In this document: one piece after another, positions 15,948-23,996 of the stretch
Layout: each line of letters begins with the position of its first letter
How positions within the stretch are numbered: the first letter of the stretch is position 1
From: Candidatus Uhrbacteria bacterium
GTDB lineage: Bacteria; Patescibacteriota; Patescibacteriia; UBA9934
Direction of reading: 5' to 3'
DNA length: 50,058 bases
Assembly (NCBI GenBank): GCA_018664485.1
Contig: JABJOE010000009.1
Coordinates: forward strand, 142,635 to 192,692
Position numbers and translations under genes: made by a program
Notes under the pieces: model-generated
Database searches by the model: none
The model's input: only the letters and a program-made list of their open reading frames with translations
What the model was told of the DNA's origin: nothing

Positions 15948-16628
15948 CTAAGCGGTTGGAGCTACAGCAACTGGAGCCGGTGTTGAACCTGGCATCAAGT
16001 CAGTCATATCAATACCCTTTAGCATGTGTCGGTATACCATTGCAGTCGCGATAGTAAACAATGGAATAGCTACGATCAAACCAATACCTAAAGCCAATAA
16101 ACCAAGTAATAGAACAGCATATCCCACAGCTATAAATCCAAGTAGGTCCCACTTCATTCCCATTGTCATTCGTGAACTTGCTTTCATAGCCTTAATTGGC
16201 CCCATACCTTTATCGATCACAAGCCAAGGAGCAAAGAAGAACTTTAGCATCCAGATCACTCCCGGGAAAAGCAATAGGAAGAATCCAACGTACACAACAA
16301 CAGCGTAAACGATTGTTACACCGATATACTTAAGTAGAACATTCCAATGCGTTATAAGATCAATAAGCGCACCCTCTTTTCCGTCAGCAATGTCTAGTAC
16401 TATCTTTGTAATACCGATACTAACCACTGCAGATAAGATGTAATAAATTACCTGAGCGATGATACCTCCGACTGCTGTTTCAGTTGAGATGTATGCAATA
16501 AGCACAGATGAAAGACCAAAAAAGATAGCAAGAATGATTCCAACTATGATCAAAAATCCAAGTCGATCCTTTGTTCTCTGCCACGCAGCACGCAAAATTG
16601 CGCTATCACTAAAAGCTCTAGACTCCAT
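15948..16628 (-). CDS. hypothetical multi-TM membrane protein
   Basis: 226-aa ORF with 5-6 hydrophobic spans. Confidence 0.65.
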   Translation of the reverse strand: MESRAFSDSAILRAAWQRTKDRLGFLIIVGIILAIFFGLSSVLIAYISTETAVGGIIAQVIYYILSAVVSIGITKIVLDIADGKEGALIDLITHWNVLLKYIGVTIVYAVVVYVGFFLLLFPGVIWMLKFFFAPWLVIDKGMGPIKAMKASSRMTMGMKWDLLGFIAVGYAVLLLGLLALGIGLIVAIPLFTIATAMVYRHMLKGIDMTDLMPGSTPAPVAVAPTA

Positions 16629-16762
16629 AAAGAAATATAAAATACTTAAATAAACTCATGTTATTTTGCATTATACCGGCAAAACTATCTATCGCCAACT
16701 AAATTGTTAACTTTTATTTCGTCAATCAACAACCCTATAAAAATATACTAACGACAAAACCT

Positions 16763-17350
16763 TTAACGCCTTGAAAAATCTTCAACTAAATCTGCCTGTT
16801 GAGCCTCGCTAAGCGCAAAATTATCCAAAACGGACATTCGCTGTCGTGTAACTTCATATAAAACTACAGCAGCTGACACAGAAACATTCAAACTCTGGAC
16901 CATCCCACGCATCGGAATCATTACATGCCGGGATGCCATCTCCTGTGCAGTCTTGGAAAGCCCTTCACGCTCATTACCAATCAACACGGCAATTTTCTTA
17001 TCACTAAATTCTGTTTCAAAAATAGACGTAGCACCATCATTCAACATAGTAGCAACCAAATCGTACCCCTCACCTTTCAAATATTCTAGACATTCTTTCG
17101 TGGAGTCCCAGACCTTATAGTCTACCCACTTGCGAGCTGTAGACGACGTAGATTTTCCAATCTTATGTGGGTTGAACGGTTTCTCGTTCTCTGCAATAAA
17201 ATGAACAGTCTGAATTCCAAGTGCGTCGCAAGTCCTGACAACCGCCATAGCGTTATGAGGATCCTGCATGTCCTCAATGACAACCGTAAGCCCGGTTTGC
17301 CGATTAGATACAGCTCTTTTAATTTTCTCTATTCGTTCTGGTGTTTTCAT
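16763..17350 (-). CDS. SpoU/TrmH-family RNA 2'-O-methyltransferase
   Basis: Start at ATG 17348-17350 (MKTPERIEK...). Motifs LIGNEREGLS and IPMRGMVQSLNVSVSAAVVLYE. The track's upstream extension overlaps the preceding gene. Confidence 0.8.
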   Translation of the reverse strand: MKTPERIEKIKRAVSNRQTGLTVVIEDMQDPHNAMAVVRTCDALGIQTVHFIAENEKPFNPHKIGKSTSSTARKWVDYKVWDSTKECLEYLKGEGYDLVATMLNDGATSIFETEFSDKKIAVLIGNEREGLSKTAQEMASRHVMIPMRGMVQSLNVSVSAAVVLYEVTRQRMSVLDNFALSEAQQADLVEDFSRR

Positions 17351-17351
17351 A

Positions 17352-17930
17352 TTATATAAACGGATTATCTGATTCAAAAGTAAGAAGTGGCGTCTGATCA
17401 TTGAACGCATTTTCTTCAATGCCATATTTTCTAGCAAACAAAGTAGACACCTGACAAAATACAGCCTCAGAATAGTCAAAACCAATCTTTTCCGTTGCCA
17501 TGCGCACACTCTCCTCACTATCACCTTCTATCTCTACAAACGGCTCTAAATACGGCCACTCATCGATAGCTATCTCTGTACCATCCAAAATCCACAATTC
17601 TCGTTTTGTTTCTTGGTAAGATTTACAACTTGCACCAATAGATTCAAGAAAAACTTTGGTATTAGCATAGTCATCCACGGTAATAGAGAGTTCTTTTTGA
17701 TCTTCTATCTTATCACCATCCACAATTTTTAAACTCATAGTTATCCTATCCCCTTCATCACGTACCCTCAGCCAACCTCCAGATATTTCGTGGCCACTTG
17801 GAAGATGAAAGACACTACGACGCTGAAGGAATTCGGCGCGTACAAGCTTCGCTCCAGCTGATCGAAGCAATTCACGGACTGTATTTTTATCAATATTTGT
17901 AAATGTAGCTTCGTATTCAACCTCCAGCAT
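17352..17930 (-). CDS. CYTH-domain protein (triphosphatase / class IV cyclase fold)
   Basis: N-terminal LEVEYEATF acidic motif and overall CYTH-like length. Confidence 0.55.
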   Translation of the reverse strand: MLEVEYEATFTNIDKNTVRELLRSAGAKLVRAEFLQRRSVFHLPSGHEISGGWLRVRDEGDRITMSLKIVDGDKIEDQKELSITVDDYANTKVFLESIGASCKSYQETKRELWILDGTEIAIDEWPYLEPFVEIEGDSEESVRMATEKIGFDYSEAVFCQVSTLFARKYGIEENAFNDQTPLLTFESDNPFI

Positions 17931-17967
17931 AAATAATACTAAAAACTATTTTTTATCTTTACTTTAC

Positions 17968-18228
17968 TCAGGTCGCTTTCTCCTCACGTAATTTCTTAAT
18001 CTTATTTTCTTCACCACGGTTATACCCTCCAATCTTTCCGTCTGACCTTACCACACGATGGCACGGGATTGCAGGGTCATAGTTTTTATTCAAAATATTC
18101 CCAACGGCTCGAGCTGCACTAGGCCTACCTGCAGCTTGTGCTACCTGTTTATACGTCAAAGTTTCGCCTTTCGGTATACCTCTAACAACGTCATAAACTA
18201 TTTTCGAAAATGGTGTAGGTATGGACAT
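17968..18228 (-). CDS. ogt: methylated-DNA-protein-cysteine methyltransferase, DNA-binding/active-site domain only
   Basis: Start at ATG 18226-18228 ([12 protein letters not shown]...). Active site IPCHRVV. Confidence 0.8.
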   Translation of the reverse strand: MSIPTPFSKIVYDVVRGIPKGETLTYKQVAQAAGRPSAARAVGNILNKNYDPAIPCHRVVRSDGKIGGYNRGEENKIKKLREEKAT

Positions 18229-18278
18229 TGCTCGTATTTTATGGTCCGATAGATACAACGTCAACCTTGGAGGGTCGC

Positions 18279-18602
18279 ATGGCGCAAGTAAAATACCAAC
18301 GCCTCGACACACGAGGTCAGTGGCAATCCTACGAATCTACCGGCCACATTGCCGCACTTCGCTACCTTTCTGTGGCAACACTTACCATAGACGGTGTCGG
18401 CGAGCTGCTGGTTTACTGGGGGCTCAATGAAGAGCCAAATATAGCTACCGGGATTCTATGCCTTGAAGATAGCAATATCCATATTGAACTCCGACAATCA
18501 CGGGTAGGGATTGGCAAGTACGAGTTCATCGGCCGAGAAGCCTTCAATGACAGTCTGGGAAACATCATCCTGAAAGGCTCAATCGATATGTCAGACTCGT
18601 AA
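18279..18602 (+). CDS. hypothetical protein (107 aa)
   Basis: ATG 18279 is preceded by GGAGGG 6 nt upstream. The stop abuts the hairpin at 18602-18628. Confidence 0.6.
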   Translation: MAQVKYQRLDTRGQWQSYESTGHIAALRYLSVATLTIDGVGELLVYWGLNEEPNIATGILCLEDSNIHIELRQSRVGIGKYEFIGREAFNDSLGNIILKGSIDMSDS

Positions 18603-18628
18603 GCGCGAGCCCCCGTGGGCCCGCGCTT
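18602..18628. repeat. 27-nt terminator hairpin, copy 1 (left boundary of the 774-bp cassette)
   Basis: AGCGCGAGCCCCCGTGGGCCCGCGCTT is identical 27/27 to 19376-19402. The similar tail TGCATG.TAA.TTT..CAAAAAA follows both copies. Confidence 0.9.
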
Positions 18629-18644
18629 CTGTGCATGTAAATTT

Positions 18645-18697
18645 CAAAAAAAGAAAACCGCCCCGACAAGGATGCCGAGGCAATCCCCTGGGACGGT
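18645..18697 (-). terminator. terminator of the 18701..19021 gene
   Basis: Minus strand reads CCGTCCC...GGGGCGGttttcttttttt. Confidence 0.6.
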
Positions 18698-18700
18698 TAG

Positions 18701-19021
18701 TTACTCCGTCTTTGTGGAAACACTCACTGCCACCTCCAGGTGACGATAAGCTCCACCGTAGTGGATTTTACGACAGAAGGAGGGATGACAGCATACCCTC
18801 TTAACAGTCACATCCACAACCTTGAGTCCTTCTTCCATTTCAATAATGGCGAAGGTACCCTCTTCAGAGTTTCCTTGAATCTCGATTTCCACCCAACGGC
18901 GTTCATCGAGATGAAGCATGACGCTTTTGGCCAGTCTACCAACCGTGGGGAAAGAGCAAATAGCCTCTCCATCAACGGTTTTCAGGATTCCATGAATGTA
19001 AATATCGACGAACTTAGCCAT
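18701..19021 (-). CDS. hypothetical protein (106 aa), cassette cargo
   Basis: ATG 19019-19021 has GGAG 5 nt upstream. It has its own promoter 220 nt upstream. About 51 G+C per 100 nt, versus 44 in nirK (hand counts). Confidence 0.65.
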   Translation of the reverse strand: MAKFVDIYIHGILKTVDGEAICSFPTVGRLAKSVMLHLDERRWVEIEIQGNSEEGTFAIIEMEEGLKVVDVTVKRVCCHPSFCRKIHYGGAYRHLEVAVSVSTKTE

Positions 19022-19242
19022 GAGGGCTCCATGGGGTCGTCGCTGCGAATGATTCCGCTGCGGCGTTGGTTTAACCCCCTACCAAACGCATTCCCGTGAC
19101 CTCTTACCAATGAGACACGGTATAAACGTATAAACTAACTTACTGAGTAATCTGGGATTTCTTTTCGGAAATTCCCGGACTTTCTAGGCCTTGCGACCTT
19201 ACGATGGTTCTTTCTTTCACTAACGTACTAGATGATTCACTG
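19022..19242 (-). promoter_or_regulatory. ~220-nt structured 5' leader
   Basis: Lies between the promoter at 19249-19277 and ATG 19021. It has several hairpins (e.g. CCGTGtctc..gaggTCACGG) and no convincing ORF. Confidence 0.45.
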
Positions 19243-19248
19243 TAAGAG

Positions 19249-19277
19249 AGTATAGCAAAAAATAGCACTTTTGTCAA
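19249..19277 (-). promoter_or_regulatory. strong sigma70-type promoter
   Basis: Minus strand reads TTGACA (19272-19277), spacer AAAGTGCTATTTTTTGC (17 nt), then TATACT (19249-19254). Confidence 0.7.
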
Positions 19278-19361
19278 GCGCCAACGAGCAGTTTTAGTCC
19301 AAAAAGCCCTTATTTTAGGCCATTTTTATACAAAGATTGTTAGGCCACTATCATCCAAAAT

Positions 19362-19402
19362 TTCAAAAAAAGAACAGCGCGAGCCCCCGTGGGCCCGCGC
19401 TT
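19362..19402 (-). terminator. nirK terminator, which is also 27-nt hairpin copy 2 (right boundary of the cassette)
   Basis: Minus strand reads AAGCGCGGGCCCacgGGGGCTCGCGCTgttcttttttt. Hairpin at 19376-19402. Confidence 0.8.
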
Positions 19403-19429
19403 GTTGCATGCTAATTTTTCCTCAAAAAA

Positions 19430-20647
19430 CTATTCGACTGCCGAGTAAATCGAAGGATCATCCTCACCTGTAACTTCCAGGATTGCCCAAGCTCCTTTAT
19501 TCATACGAGCAAGTGCGTGATCAACCAGAATATAATTTCCTGGAACATCAACCGTAAACTCTACAATTGCAGCTCCACCTGGCAAAACTGCCGTTGTCTG
19601 CACATCGTGTAATGGAGCACTACTCAACGCAGCCTCAGGGTACACCGTATCGAAAATCTCACCGATAACGTGGAAAGATGAAATCTGATTAGTACCACCG
19701 TTTCCAACATACATTCGAATCGTGTCACCCACCTCAGCCTGCATACGAGGAGCATCCTCAACGACACCGTTGAAAGTAACGTATGTAGGATTTCCATCAA
19801 GTAAAGCTTCCGAGTCAAAAGTAACTAGTCCGGTTTTTCCAAGACCACCGCTCGTATATAACTCACCTTGCATCACGTAAAACTCTTTATCAACGGGCGT
19901 CATACCTTCCTCAGGTTCAACTAAAATCAATCCATACTGACCATGAGAATTATGAGTACTCACGTTTGCTGTTGCGCAGTGATACACATATAGCCCTGGA
20001 GCCATAGCTTTAAAAGAAAATGTTTTTGTTTCCCCCGGCTCAACTGATGACAATGCCGCTCCACCGCCGGGACCGTTCACCGCGTGCAAATCAATATTGT
20101 GTGCGTGTAAACTAGTTGGATCGTTTGTGATAGTGAGCTCAACCGTATCACCTTCACGAACTCTCATAAACGGACCTGGAACCGCACCATCATAGGTCCA
20201 AAAATTAAACGAAATACCATCAGCTACCTCGCCTATAACCTCTTTTGCCGTCACGCTAAGTTCAACCGTTGTAGGCTTGCCACGAGTTATTGGTGGAGGA
20301 ACCTCGTTTGGATCAGCTCCGATATCCTCTACCCTCTCAAACTGTCCTGACTTTATAAAAAACTCAACCACTTTAAGAAATGGAATTGCCGCCGTCACAC
20401 CCTTTGGAGCAAACGTTTGCATGTGCGGAGGTAGCGCAAAGTGCACCGGGAGAGGTCTTGAAATTCCTCCATGGAATATTAGAAGGGCAAGCGCCACTGC
20501 CAGAATTACTCGTGAAGATGACGGAAATTTCTTCCATCTTTTTTTCAACTTCTTCCATGGAAGGTGACGTACCAATAGCGCACATAGCAACACTACAGCT
20601 ACCACCAAAATCATGATTTCTAATATCATTTGGATCATATGCCACAA
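19430..20647 (-). CDS. nirK: copper-containing nitrite reductase with an N-terminal TM anchor
   Basis: HAHNIDLHAV, LYVYHCATANVSTHNSHGQYGLILVEP and a two-cupredoxin layout. N-terminal hydrophobic helix. Confidence 0.85.
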   Translation of the reverse strand: MWHMIQMILEIMILVVAVVLLCALLVRHLPWKKLKKRWKKFPSSSRVILAVALALLIFHGGISRPLPVHFALPPHMQTFAPKGVTAAIPFLKVVEFFIKSGQFERVEDIGADPNEVPPPITRGKPTTVELSVTAKEVIGEVADGISFNFWTYDGAVPGPFMRVREGDTVELTITNDPTSLHAHNIDLHAVNGPGGGAALSSVEPGETKTFSFKAMAPGLYVYHCATANVSTHNSHGQYGLILVEPEEGMTPVDKEFYVMQGELYTSGGLGKTGLVTFDSEALLDGNPTYVTFNGVVEDAPRMQAEVGDTIRMYVGNGGTNQISSFHVIGEIFDTVYPEAALSSAPLHDVQTTAVLPGGAAIVEFTVDVPGNYILVDHALARMNKGAWAILEVTGEDDPSIYSAVE

Positions 20648-20744
20648 GTATACACCCTTGAAAACAAAAGAACGAGCAAATTGCCCGCTCTTTCGCTATC
20701 CGTATTAGGAAGCTAACTGTCAGCTCCCAAAACTAGGAATGAAG

Positions 20745-21179
20745 TTATTTCAATGTAATAACAGCTCCTGCTTCTTCAAGCTTACCCTTAAGCTCTTCAG
20801 CTTCTTCCTTTGAAGCACCTTCCTTAACAACAGCAGGTACTGCGTCAACGATAGCTTTAGCTTCCTTAAGACCCTGACCTGTGATCTCACGAACAGCCTT
20901 GATCACGCTGATCTTGCTGTCTCCTGTCTCTGTGATCTCAACGTCGAATGAAGACTGCTCTTCTTCCGCAGCGTCTCCTCCACCTGCGCCTGGAGCTGCC
21001 ATCATCATAGCTGGGGCTGCAGCTGATACACCAAACTTATCTTCAAGAACCTTTACGAGCTCTGCCAAATCGATAACAGACATCTTCTCAATGTTCTCAA
21101 CTAACTCTTTGAACTGAGCTGGCACCTCAACAGGAGCCTTCTCCTCTGTAGCCTCAACGGCTGTAGCTTCTTCAGACAT
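20745..21179 (-). CDS. rplL: 50S ribosomal protein L7/L12
   Basis: [24 protein letters not shown]...[21 protein letters not shown]...[11 protein letters not shown]. Confidence 0.95.
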   Translation of the reverse strand: MSEEATAVEATEEKAPVEVPAQFKELVENIEKMSVIDLAELVKVLEDKFGVSAAAPAMMMAAPGAGGGDAAEEEQSSFDVEITETGDSKISVIKAVREITGQGLKEAKAIVDAVPAVVKEGASKEEAEELKGKLEEAGAVITLK

Positions 21180-21197
21180 AATATTTTTGATAAATAG

Positions 21198-21226
21198 AAT
21201 TTAATTTTGTGTTCATTTTAGATCAA
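21198..21226 (-). promoter_or_regulatory. possible internal promoter for rplL, carried by the element tail
   Basis: Minus strand reads TTGATC (21221-21226), spacer TAAAATGAACACAAAAT (17 nt), then TAAATT (21198-21203). Confidence 0.35.
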
Positions 21227-21279
21227 TACCGACAAACAGAAACTCTGAAGGCGATAATGATGTAAATGAGAAGTCGGAC
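21205..21279 (-). repeat. intergenic palindrome element, partial copy C2
   Basis: Minus strand reads GTCCGACTTCTCATTTACATCATTATCGCCTTCAGAGTTTCTGTTTGTCGGTATTGATCTAAAATGAACAC. It aligns to C1 at an offset of 116 nt. Confidence 0.8.
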
Positions 21280-21398
21280 GCACTCATTTGATATCAGTAT
21301 CGGTGCGTAGAGACGTTTGACTGAGGCGTACTTACAGTACGTTGAAGTTAAACAGAGACTCTACAAGGCGATAATGATGCAAATGAGAAGTCCTACGC
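21280..21398 (-). repeat. intergenic palindrome element, copy C1 (overlaps the rplJ stop codon)
   Basis: Closed by 8-bp arms CTCATTTG (21283-21290) / CAAATGAG (21380-21387). Inner arms GTAGAG (21307-21312) / CTCTAC (21359-21364). Central hairpin CGTACttacaGTACG. Confidence 0.85.
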
Positions 21399-21917
21399 GG
21401 TTTTCTGCTCTTTGATTGCGTCAAGGACAGTAACAAGTCCACGAAGGTTTCCTGCAAGAACGTTGACGAATCCAGAGATTGGCGCGTTAAGCGATCCAAC
21501 CAACTGTGAAAGCAACTGTTCCTTGCTTGGAAGTGATGCCAACTTAGACACCTCCTCTGCTGATAATCCTTTTCCTTCCAGGATTCCTGCAACAAGTTTG
21601 AAAGCTTCGTTCTTCTTTTCGAAGTCTTTCAAGAGCTTTGCCGCAGCAACCTCGTCACCGAATGAAACGGCTGTCAGGATAGATCCTTCGTACGATGCTG
21701 GATCGATGTCTAGTCCTACTTCTTTCGCGGCAGCTGCGATCAACGTCTTTTTGGCGATCATCACCTTAACGTTTTGCTCGGCAGCGGTTACGCGAAGCTC
21801 GTCGGACTGAGCCATCGTATATCCAGAGATCGAACTAAATGCTGCAGCTTTCATGTCACGGAACATTTCCGTAAGATTAGCTACAATCGCTTCTTTCTCT
21901 TTTCGAGATTTTGCCAT
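21393..21917 (-). CDS. rplJ: 50S ribosomal protein L10
   Basis: MAKSRKEKEAIVANLTEMFRDMKAAAFSSISGYTMAQSDELR... L10-like, and located upstream of rplL. Confidence 0.93.
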   Translation of the reverse strand: MAKSRKEKEAIVANLTEMFRDMKAAAFSSISGYTMAQSDELRVTAAEQNVKVMIAKKTLIAAAAKEVGLDIDPASYEGSILTAVSFGDEVAAAKLLKDFEKKNEAFKLVAGILEGKGLSAEEVSKLASLPSKEQLLSQLVGSLNAPISGFVNVLAGNLRGLVTVLDAIKEQKTA

Positions 21918-22083
21918 AGTTTTTATAGAACATTAGGCGTGAATTAGTCCGTCCTGTTGAAACTTCTGAATTTTCAATAAAAAAAGACGGCGTTTCTACG
22001 CCGCAAATATAAGGAATTTCCAATATTTGGCACCTCGACGGGACTTAAGCTCACTTTGAGCACCCGTTGTCTACGGTGTAGAT
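21918..22083 (-). promoter_or_regulatory. rplJ leader with an attenuator-like terminator hairpin
   Basis: ~165-nt leader containing GGCGTagaaACGCCgtcttttttt (21979-22004), consistent with L10-leader-type autoregulation (established for Firmicutes-type leaders). Confidence 0.5.
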
Positions 22084-22089
22084 AGCATA

Positions 22090-22118
22090 ACTATACGGAA
22101 TTCATTACCTTTTGTCAA
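22090..22118 (-). promoter_or_regulatory. rplJ-rplL promoter
   Basis: Minus strand reads TTGACA (22113-22118), a 17-nt spacer, then TATAGT (22090-22095). Confidence 0.7.
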
Positions 22119-22223
22119 GAAACTACCCTCCCAAATCTTATGATCAAAACCTCTTGTTTTAACGCATAAAAGCACAACGAGGCCCAACGCAGAGCGTCAG
22201 ACCTCAAGACGAATCCTGCCAGA

Positions 22224-22619
22224 TCACCGGTCATCTTCAGGATCAGAGCAACCGGAAAGAGCATGACGCATCTGAACCATGCACATAACGGGAGAAAAAC
22301 CGAAGCGAGAAACAAGACCGGGCAGATCAGTGGCCTCAGCTTCAATGAGCAGACCCGCAAGCGCCTCCCTGTCGTCATGAGAAATGGTTCTCATCCCATG
22401 GTCAGAGCGCCACTTGGTAAGTCTACCAAGACCAAGACTTGTGAGCACGTACCCATTATCCGTACGCTCCACTGTGTCTAGATCGCTTTGCTGAAGCAAT
22501 GTGCGAGAGAACTCTGACTGCGTATGTTCCCCACTTACACACACCACTTTGAGATCCCCCGCTGACAGTCCTCCGCTGTTGAAGAGCGCATGAAAAATCC
22601 TAGCCGTCATCGCGTCCAT
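22224..22619 (-). CDS. hypothetical protein (131 aa), higher GC
   Basis: ATG 22617-22619 is preceded by GGAGAT. No motif recognised. Confidence 0.6.
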   Translation of the reverse strand: MDAMTARIFHALFNSGGLSAGDLKVVCVSGEHTQSEFSRTLLQQSDLDTVERTDNGYVLTSLGLGRLTKWRSDHGMRTISHDDREALAGLLIEAEATDLPGLVSRFGFSPVMCMVQMRHALSGCSDPEDDR

Positions 22620-22707
22620 TAGTATCTCCGTAACAGAACCTCCTGCATCGACAGCACCATGCCACCGATCACAAGGGATTCAACCAAAATCGCAAAGCCG
22701 TGTCAAC

Positions 22708-23409
22708 CTAACTTAACACCGTACCCTTAAACTTCTGACCACGGATCAATTTTGAAATATTGGTGAAGTCTTCACCATTTACAATCGCAACATCCATCTT
22801 ATGACGCTGACAAAAACGTGAGGCAACCGGATCAAATGGAGCAGATTTTCCAGGGCTCCACTCATCTCCCACCATCTTTCTATATTCACTCCAACCCAAC
22901 TCCGGCAACGGCTTAGCGTTTTTATCTTTACGCGGGTCAACGTCGTAAACGTAATCAATGTTTGAACAGTTAATCAGATTCGTTACACCCAAACGTTTTC
23001 CAATACGTGCAGATACATAGTCAGTGCTCCACCCCGGCTTCCACCCGGCAGCAACTAAAACGCTCCCCTTCCATTTCTTCGGAGTCTTCGGTGGGTTCTT
23101 TACAACAACCGGATGAGCTATCTCTCGGAACATCGTACGCACTAAATGAGCATTCAATCTAGATGAGTGAATTCCGAGCCAATCCAAATCCTCCGGATCA
23201 ACCTTTTTACGCACCGCGTCAGCTGCGTCGATATAGTCACGAGCCGTTCTTCCACCGCCAGTAACAAGAACAAGCCGGCGCCCGTTTTTAACTTGCGCTA
23301 GCACAAACTTGCGCAGAGATTTTAGAAAGTAAGTGTCTGGTCCGCCGTTAGGCACAATAAGAGAGCCACCAATCGATAGGACTAGTGGCTCGTTCTTTGG
23401 AAAATTCAT
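22708..23409 (-). CDS. pyrH: UMP kinase, archaeal-type
   Basis: LSIGGSLIVP...LVTGGGRTARDYI...AAGWKPGWSTD...NIDYVYDVDPRKD aligns by eye with archaeal UMP kinases. Confidence 0.8.
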   Translation of the reverse strand: MNFPKNEPLVLSIGGSLIVPNGGPDTYFLKSLRKFVLAQVKNGRRLVLVTGGGRTARDYIDAADAVRKKVDPEDLDWLGIHSSRLNAHLVRTMFREIAHPVVVKNPPKTPKKWKGSVLVAAGWKPGWSTDYVSARIGKRLGVTNLINCSNIDYVYDVDPRKDKNAKPLPELGWSEYRKMVGDEWSPGKSAPFDPVASRFCQRHKMDVAIVNGEDFTNISKLIRGQKFKGTVLS

Positions 23410-23759
23410 TTTGATTCTTTAGTGTGTTTGAGAAAGAAATTCGTAATTGTTGCAACAGCCCAGAGTACAATAGCGACTAAAATCGCTGCCCAGAAGTCTG
23501 TCACCTCCACACCCTTAATAAAGGTACTCATAAACCAAATCAGTCCGGCGTTGATCACAAACGTAAACAGGCCAAGTGTAACTATGTTGATCGGCAATGT
23601 AAGGATGATAGCCACTGGTCGAACAATAGCGTTTAGCAAACCTAGCACCAACGCAGCGATGAGTGCATGATAGAAAGTATCGATAGCAAAACCTGGAACA
23701 ACTTGTGTCAGAACCAAGAGCGCCAATGCGTTAATAACCCATCTTAGAAGCGTTTTCAT
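23406..23759 (-). CDS. four-TM membrane protein, phage-holin-4 (YvlD)-like
   Basis: 117 aa. The INALALLVLTQVVPGF...AALVLGLLNAIVRP pattern recalls YvlD-type proteins. Confidence 0.55.
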   Translation of the reverse strand: MKTLLRWVINALALLVLTQVVPGFAIDTFYHALIAALVLGLLNAIVRPVAIILTLPINIVTLGLFTFVINAGLIWFMSTFIKGVEVTDFWAAILVAIVLWAVATITNFFLKHTKESK

Positions 23760-23760
23760 A

Positions 23761-23976
23761 TTATTCGTCCTGTAAATCGTTAAACTTATCTTTGAGCTTT
23801 TCGACTTTGTTTTCTACTTCTGAAAGCTTCTTCTTACAAACTGCCGCCAATTCAAGGCCACGCTCGAATTTCTTCAAACCTTCGTCCAAATCAACATCCT
23901 GAGTTTCAAACCACTGTGTAAGCTCTTCGAGCTCCGAAAAGGCTTTAGCGAAAGTTGGTATTTTCTTGGCAGGCAT
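23761..23976 (-). CDS. xseB: exodeoxyribonuclease VII small subunit
   Basis: FSELEELTQWFETQDVDLDEGLKKFERGLELAAVCKKKL. It sits directly downstream of xseA. Confidence 0.85.
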   Translation of the reverse strand: MPAKKIPTFAKAFSELEELTQWFETQDVDLDEGLKKFERGLELAAVCKKKLSEVENKVEKLKDKFNDLQDE

Positions 23977-23996
23977 ATATATCTTTGTTATTTGGT

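Noticed and set aside
16763-17524. 253-aa version of the SpoU/TrmH ORF
   Set aside because: The first 58 codons overlap the upstream CYTH gene and are non-homologous. The methyltransferase homology starts at ATG 17350, 1 nt after the CYTH stop.
21318-21348. Hammerhead-like string CUGAGG-CGUAC-loop-GUACG-UUGAAG on the plus strand of copy C1
   Set aside because: The catalytic core CUGANGA...GAAA is not satisfied, and the other copies do not conserve even these partial matches.
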